Assembly (NCBI GenBank): GCA_964369145.1
Contig: CAYJEE010000002.1
Span: forward strand, 1-56,730
DNA: 56,730 nt
Source of the DNA: an uncultured Candidatus Saccharibacteria bacterium
GTDB lineage: Bacteria; Patescibacteriota; Minisyncoccia; Phycocordibacterales; DATDWN01
Reading direction: 5' to 3'
In this document: positions 52,115-56,730 of the stretch, in pieces
Numbering within the stretch: position 1 is the first letter of the stretch
How the letters are laid out: every line of letters starts with the position of its first letter
Notes under the pieces: generated by a model
Seen by the model: the letters and a program-made list of their open reading frames with translations, nothing else
What the model was told of the DNA's origin: nothing
Database searches by the model: none
Translations under genes and position numbers: made by a program

Positions 52115-53671
52115 TTAAATTATCTGATACGCCTTTGGGCGATATTGGAGTGCTTCGAGTATATGTTCTGGTTTTATATGCTCACTTTCTGCAAGATCTG
52201 CAATCGTTTGAGCGGTTTTGATGATGCGGTGATATGCGCGAGCAGAAATATCAAACTTTTTTGCTGAAGCTTCGAGGATAGTTTTTGCTTCAGAGGTAAG
52301 GCGTATCATTTCAACAAGCTGTTTTCCCGACAGCTCACTGTTTACCGAAATGCCCCGGTTCTCATATCGATTTTTTTGTAATTCCCGAGCTTTACGTACA
52401 CGCTCTTTGATTGACTGTGTCGCCTCCCCTGTCCCTTTTTCCGTAAGCTGGGAGTGTTCAACAGTTGAAACTTCAACCCACATATCGATACGATCAGCGA
52501 TTGGTCCTGATAGTTTTCGTTTGTATTTCTGGATATGAATCGGTGAACAGATACACTCTTTCCCTTTTACTCCATAATATCCACATGGGCATGGATTCAT
52601 TGCTCCGACTAAAATAAACTGCGCGGGATACACTACACTTCCTTTTGCTCGAGAGATGCGCACTTTTCTTTCTTCGAGCGGCTCACGGAGTGTCTCGAGG
52701 ACTTGAGTGCTAAACTCAGGCATCTCATCTAAAAAGAGCACGCCTTTGTGAGCCAGGGTCACCTCACCTGGTCGTGGATTAGACCCTCCTCCCACAATAG
52801 ATACGTATGATGCGGTGTGGTGAGGTGATCGAAACGGTGCCGCAGTGACCAGATCCCCTCCTCCATTGTGAAGTGAATGAATAGAAGTCACTTCGAGCAT
52901 ATCATCAAAAGAAAGTTCTGGGAGCAGGCCTTTGCATGCTTTAGCAAGCATCGTTTTTCCTGTGCCCGGTGGTCCGTACATAACAATATTGTGTCCACCT
53001 GCAGCAGCGATCTCAAGTGCTCGCTTAGCTACTTCTTGACCGGCTATATCTTGCATATCTACATCTGCAAGATTGGAGGTTGTTTCCGGAGTGCTGATTT
53101 CTAAAGGTTTGATTTCTGCACTCATGATTCCTGGCCATTTTTCTCCATGAGGATTTGTGTGAATATGAGCGATTACCTCACGTAGTGTTTCTGCGGGATA
53201 TATGATAATACCTGGTATAACTGAAGCTTCGACACTGTTTTCTTTTGGAATAATACAATCAGTAAAACCTTTTTTTCGAGCTTCGATAATCATGGGGATA
53301 ATCCCCTTCACTTTCCGGATGCTTCCATCGAGAGATAGTTCTCCGATGCAAACAGTTTTTTTCATATCAGCCTGGATATCACCAGATGCACAGAGATAAC
53401 CGATCGCAATCCCGAGATCAAATGCGGGACCCTCCTTTTTAATATCTGCAGGGGCAAGCGATACAACTACTTTTTGATTTTTACTTTTTGGTGAGGTAAA
53501 ACCTGTGTTTTTAATTGCAGAAGAGACTCTGTCTTTTGCTTCATCGACAGCTTTGCCCGCAAGTCCGACTATAGAAAAAGAGTGGAGCCCTTTGGAGAGG
53601 TCCACTTCTATAGTCACTATGGAGGCATCAAGGAGATTTGTTTGGGCGCTATATATCTGTGCGATGGCCAT
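52115..53671 (-). CDS. comM: Mg-chelatase-like AAA+ protein YifB/ComM
   Basis: 518 aa. Lon-like N-domain, Walker A GPPGTGKTM, Walker B LFLDEMPEF, zinc-like CPCGYYG...C.C motif. Confidence 0.9.
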   Translation of the reverse strand: MAIAQIYSAQTNLLDASIVTIEVDLSKGLHSFSIVGLAGKAVDEAKDRVSSAIKNTGFTSPKSKNQKVVVSLAPADIKKEGPAFDLGIAIGYLCASGDIQADMKKTVCIGELSLDGSIRKVKGIIPMIIEARKKGFTDCIIPKENSVEASVIPGIIIYPAETLREVIAHIHTNPHGEKWPGIMSAEIKPLEISTPETTSNLADVDMQDIAGQEVAKRALEIAAAGGHNIVMYGPPGTGKTMLAKACKGLLPELSFDDMLEVTSIHSLHNGGGDLVTAAPFRSPHHTASYVSIVGGGSNPRPGEVTLAHKGVLFLDEMPEFSTQVLETLREPLEERKVRISRAKGSVVYPAQFILVGAMNPCPCGYYGVKGKECICSPIHIQKYKRKLSGPIADRIDMWVEVSTVEHSQLTEKGTGEATQSIKERVRKARELQKNRYENRGISVNSELSGKQLVEMIRLTSEAKTILEASAKKFDISARAYHRIIKTAQTIADLAESEHIKPEHILEALQYRPKAYQII

Positions 53672-53689
53672 AGATTTTAAAAATCAAAC

Positions 53690-54052
53690 TTAGTTATTCA
53701 TCTCTGCTTTGCAGGTTCGTGCCGCAGGATTTGCCTCAAGACGGTCTTCTTCGATCGGAAGTCCTGAGACTTCACAGATACCATATGTACCCAGTTCTAT
53801 TTTAGCGAGTGCGTCTTTGAGTTCATTAAAACGAATCTCGAGCTGTTTGAGAATTGCTGAATTGTTTTCGTATTCTTCGATACCTTCTGCAATCTCCGCC
53901 TCTTCTGCGGTGTCAGTATTCATCTCTCCTTCTTTCGCTTCCCAATCAAGTGGATTTGAAGGGTTTTTTCGCCCCACGGTTGCGAGTTCGGCCTCTACGG
54001 TTTTTAATTCTGCTTCTAGTTTTTCTTTAAAATGTTCGGTGTGTATAGTCAT
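53690..54052 (-). CDS. DksA/TraR-family protein
   Basis: 120 aa. Coiled-coil N-terminus and C-terminal GTYGICEVSGLPIEEDRLEANPAARTC, so only part of the usual C4 zinc finger is present. Confidence 0.7.
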   Translation of the reverse strand: MTIHTEHFKEKLEAELKTVEAELATVGRKNPSNPLDWEAKEGEMNTDTAEEAEIAEGIEEYENNSAILKQLEIRFNELKDALAKIELGTYGICEVSGLPIEEDRLEANPAARTCKAEMNN

Positions 54053-54086
54053 ACCTCTATTGTATCACTCCGTATGCTGACGGCAA

Positions 54087-55031
54087 CTATCGAGAAAGTT
54101 TGTTTTGGTTGTGTTTTACGAGAATCGCTTCAAAAATACGTTCGTTTGCAGTGATGAGGAGTGTCTCTTTGTCTAGAAAACCATATAAAAATACAATCTT
54201 CCCAGCATCATTGCGAATCGCGCGCACGTCTTTGTTTTTATATGTTTCATCTGTAAATAGCGCAGGGTTTACAGAGAGGTGCTGACGGAGTCCAGGAAAG
54301 AAGAGGGCAAAATCTTGTGCAAGTGTATTTTCAGACTTAAGCATTTCAGAATATACAATACCAAATTCATCTGGTTTTACTACAAAGAATAGTTCATTTG
54401 TATCATATGAAAAAATACCAGACATTACATCAAGAATGTTTCTTTTGAGTGCATCTTGTGCTTGCGGAACAATCAGAGGGATAAGCTGGTCTTTGGTGAG
54501 TGTTTCCTCTTGATATATAAATTTTGTATAAAGGATGGTATTTATCTCTGCACGAGTGTTTGTCTGCTCTTGGAGTAGTGCTGATACAATAGTGGGAGTA
54601 TCTAAGGTGTTGAGTGTAATATCTTTTTTTTGTGTATATGGTAAGAGGGTTTTTTCTACGACAGTTTTTGTTGAGGTTGGTTGTATTTCAGTTTTCAAAA
54701 AATATAATCCGCCAAACACAAGACCTCCAGCTACAAGGCATAATGTACCAATAATAATAAATAAACCAGAGTGAGTTTTTGGTTCACGTTCGGTATATGT
54801 CGGTTCATTATGTTCTATCTTTTTTTTCTGTTCTGCGAGTGCGATGGTTGCAACTGTCTCCTGCTTTACTTCGATATGCTCCTGCATATCCCCCTGGAAG
54901 GTACGGAGGGATTTGAGATTAGGGTTTGGCACGTAACCTTTATCAACTCCGTTGGTACGAGTTGCTTGAGTTTGGATACCGTCAACAACAGACTGTAAGC
55001 TACTTTTTTTATTTTGAGTTTCAGGGGGCAT
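54087..55031 (-). CDS. hypothetical membrane-anchored protein
   Basis: The ORF opens at 55205; I prefer MPPETQNKK at 55031. One TM helix (GLFIIIGTLCLVAGGLVFGGLYF). Confidence 0.5.
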   Translation of the reverse strand: MPPETQNKKSSLQSVVDGIQTQATRTNGVDKGYVPNPNLKSLRTFQGDMQEHIEVKQETVATIALAEQKKKIEHNEPTYTEREPKTHSGLFIIIGTLCLVAGGLVFGGLYFLKTEIQPTSTKTVVEKTLLPYTQKKDITLNTLDTPTIVSALLQEQTNTRAEINTILYTKFIYQEETLTKDQLIPLIVPQAQDALKRNILDVMSGIFSYDTNELFFVVKPDEFGIVYSEMLKSENTLAQDFALFFPGLRQHLSVNPALFTDETYKNKDVRAIRNDAGKIVFLYGFLDKETLLITANERIFEAILVKHNQNKLSR

Positions 55032-55291
55032 TTGTATAAGTATACCAGTATTTTTGTATATAAAAAAAGAGGATCCCTTTACATACACAAACGGAGTAAT
55101 GTATGACGAGAGACCCCCGGGCTTGGATCGAACATTAAGAGTTACCACCACTGGAGACTGGTTAATGTTCAGCCTAAGAACCTTTGAGAAGATTAAGAAG
55201 TACAATTGCGCACAAGGAGCAGGTCTCCCAAAAAGCTCCCTGTGCGAGGATTTCTTGTGTTGAGACGCAAGAATCTGCCTAGATAGTAGGA

Positions 55292-55888
55292 TTATTCGCC
55301 GAGTTTGTCAATATTTCGGTCTGGTGTATGACCTGCTTGCCCGGGTTTTCGAAAGTTTCTCGCTTGAGGTCGGCGTGTGCGGTAGCCGATCAAGTATTTT
55401 GCAGGATTTGTATCGAGGTCGATAAAGTCGTCCACTGCTTCGATAAGTTTTGAAGAAGAAGATTTTCCAAAAGAGATTGCTTCTACCTGGCACCCTTGGT
55501 TGGTGCGGAGGTATTCAGCGAGGGGGACAAAGTCTCCGTCACCGGTGATGAGGATTACCGCATCGAGCTTTGGTGCGAGCTTGATAGCATCCACTGCCAT
55601 CCCCACATCCCAATCCCCTTTTTTTGCTCCCCCAGAGAAAATCTGAAGGTTTTTTGTTTTTGTCTCGATACCAACTTTTTCAAGTGCGTCGAAGAATCCT
55701 TTCTCATCCCCTGCTTCAGTGGTGATGACGTATGCCACAGCACGGATAAGTGACCGTCCTGCGAGACCGTCTTTGACCACTTGGTCAAAGTTTACTTTGC
55801 ACCCGTAGAGGTTTTTAGCAGTGTGATAAAGGTTTTGGGTATCGATGAAGATTCCGACTCTTTGATTTTTGTGTTTAATAACACTCAT
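55292..55888 (-). CDS. NYN-domain (LabA/DUF88-like) protein
   Basis: VGIFIDTQNLYH, DVGMAVDA, ILITGDGDFVPL are typical NYN/LabA motifs. Confidence 0.8.
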   Translation of the reverse strand: MSVIKHKNQRVGIFIDTQNLYHTAKNLYGCKVNFDQVVKDGLAGRSLIRAVAYVITTEAGDEKGFFDALEKVGIETKTKNLQIFSGGAKKGDWDVGMAVDAIKLAPKLDAVILITGDGDFVPLAEYLRTNQGCQVEAISFGKSSSSKLIEAVDDFIDLDTNPAKYLIGYRTRRPQARNFRKPGQAGHTPDRNIDKLGE

Positions 55889-55950
55889 ATAAATATATTA
55901 AAAATGAATAATAAAAGTATGAAAAAAGTGAACATATTAAGTATAACACA

Positions 55951-55980
55951 AGAAAAAATACCCTAATGGGTATTTTTTCT
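55951..55980. terminator. terminator downstream of rpsO
   Basis: agaaaaaataccc-taat-gggtattttttct. Confidence 0.8.
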
Positions 55981-55986
55981 TTTTGA

Positions 55987-56253
55987 TTATTTCTTCAAAC
56001 CAAGTTTTTTAACGAGTGTTGCGTATCGTTTTGGAGATTTCTTCTCGAGGTATTTCATGTGAGCCTTTCGGTCAGCTACCATCTGGAGGAGTCCTCGTCG
56101 TGAGTGGTTGTCTTTATTGTTCTTTTTGAGATGTGAAGCAAGTTCGTCGATTCGTTTTGAGAGAATAGAAATCTGGACCTCAGGAGAACCTGTGTCTGTT
56201 TCGTGGATTTTCACGGTATCGATAACTTTTGCCTTTTTTGTTTTGGTTAACAT
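55987..56253 (-). CDS. rpsO: 30S ribosomal protein S15
   Basis: 88 aa. GSPEVQISILSKRI..L..HLKKNNKDNHSRRGLL. AGAGGAG SD lies upstream. Confidence 0.9.
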   Translation of the reverse strand: MLTKTKKAKVIDTVKIHETDTGSPEVQISILSKRIDELASHLKKNNKDNHSRRGLLQMVADRKAHMKYLEKKSPKRYATLVKKLGLKK

Positions 56254-56350
56254 TGCTCCTCTAAGATATCACAAATACGCCTAGGATGCAAGGGGTCTGA
56301 TGATCTAAAGGTACAGGTCTACAATAATATTGTACGACATGAGGTTGTGA

Positions 56351-56356
56351 TAGAAT
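56351..56356 (+). promoter_or_regulatory. -10 box TAGAAT, 7 nt upstream of the ATG at 56364
   Basis: tagaat-tatacaa-ATG. Confidence 0.45.
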
Positions 56357-56363
56357 TATACAA

Positions 56364-56730
56364 ATGCCCAAAGAAGAGATAAAAAAACCAGTTTCCAAGC
56401 GTATTCCGGCTCGCACAGAAGAGGAAATGATACCGAAAACCATACTTGGTAGGCATCTGCGAGATTTTCTCAATTATATAGAAATAGAACGCGGGCGATC
56501 ACTTCAGACCCGTATCAACTATTTGCACTACCTCGTGCGCTTTCTTGAACAAACAAAAGCTTCAAAACCGAGCGATATTACTGACGCTGTGGTGCGAGAG
56601 TTCCGCCTGTGGCTCAACAGACAGCTTTCGGGACTCGATAAGGCAAAAAAACAAACGCTTTCCAAAAGAACTCAGAACTATCACCTCATAGCACTGCGTG
56701 CATTCTTGAAATTCCTCGCACGAGAAGGTG
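56364..56730 (+). CDS. tyrosine recombinase XerC/XerD-like, N-terminal part (runs off the right edge)
   Basis: Not in the ORF track because there is no stop. Hand translation MPKEEIKKPVSKRIP...LRDFLNYIEIERGRSLQTRINYLHYLVRFL...NYHLIALRAFLKFLAREG matches the SAM-like N-domain of phage-integrase-family recombinases. Confidence 0.7.
   Translation, partial: MPKEEIKKPVSKRIPARTEEEMIPKTILGRHLRDFLNYIEIERGRSLQTRINYLHYLVRFLEQTKASKPSDITDAVVREFRLWLNRQLSGLDKAKKQTLSKRTQNYHLIALRAFLKFLAREG

Noticed and set aside
1-56730. CRISPR array, retron/DGR, IS element or prophage.
   Set aside because: No series of three or more evenly spaced direct repeats was found; the repeated hairpins occur only twice or three times with unrelated spacing. 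No reverse transcriptase, cas, transposase or phage structural genes appear among the ORFs.
1-56730. Alternative genetic code (UGA recoding as in some CPR lineages).
   Set aside because: Conserved genes end at TGA where expected; for example mutM ends ...CSIHQN-TGA at 12918-12920. No conserved protein is interrupted by in-frame TGA, so the standard bacterial code fits.

Overview
AT-rich, gene-dense bacterial chromosome segment containing the replication origin: rpmH-rnpA-yidC on +, dnaA-dnaN on -, and a DnaA-box cluster at 30594-30737. The gene content fits a Candidate Phyla Radiation / Patescibacteria (Parcubacteria-like) organism: short streamlined housekeeping proteins, type IV pilus genes pilM/N/O and pilB, a lamin-tail-domain protein, many secreted or anchored hypotheticals, and the standard code with TGA as stop. 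That placement is inference. Housekeeping genes seen: ruvX, ruvA, ruvB, ruvC, mutM, polA, a holA-like gene, tsaE, tyrS, a class A PBP, rsmA, pcrA, comM, rpsT, rpsO, rpmH, three tRNAs (Ser-UGA, Arg-GCG, Lys-UUU) and a partial xerC/D-like recombinase at the right edge. Most notable observations: (1) A 14-kb, 12-gene VirB4/VirB6/PrgI type IV secretion-like locus (33555-47847) sits directly beside oriC. It has no coupling protein, relaxase or integrase, and eight of its envelope proteins cannot be assigned; one is a pilin-like protein fused to a putative M15-type cell-wall peptidase. (2) A small family of ~100-nt structured intergenic elements occurs in three copies, all beside tRNA genes, with covarying hairpins and a conserved CGUC loop. 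(3) Three larger rod- or Y-shaped palindromic elements lie in the pilB-ruvB and yebC-ruvC spacers. (4) Many first genes start with a -10 box, 6-9 nt, then ATG (leaderless-looking), in contrast to two G+C-rich, SD-led, probably foreign ORFs. No CRISPR array, rRNA, transposase or reverse transcriptase was seen. All protein assignments come from motif and architecture recognition by eye, not from database searches.
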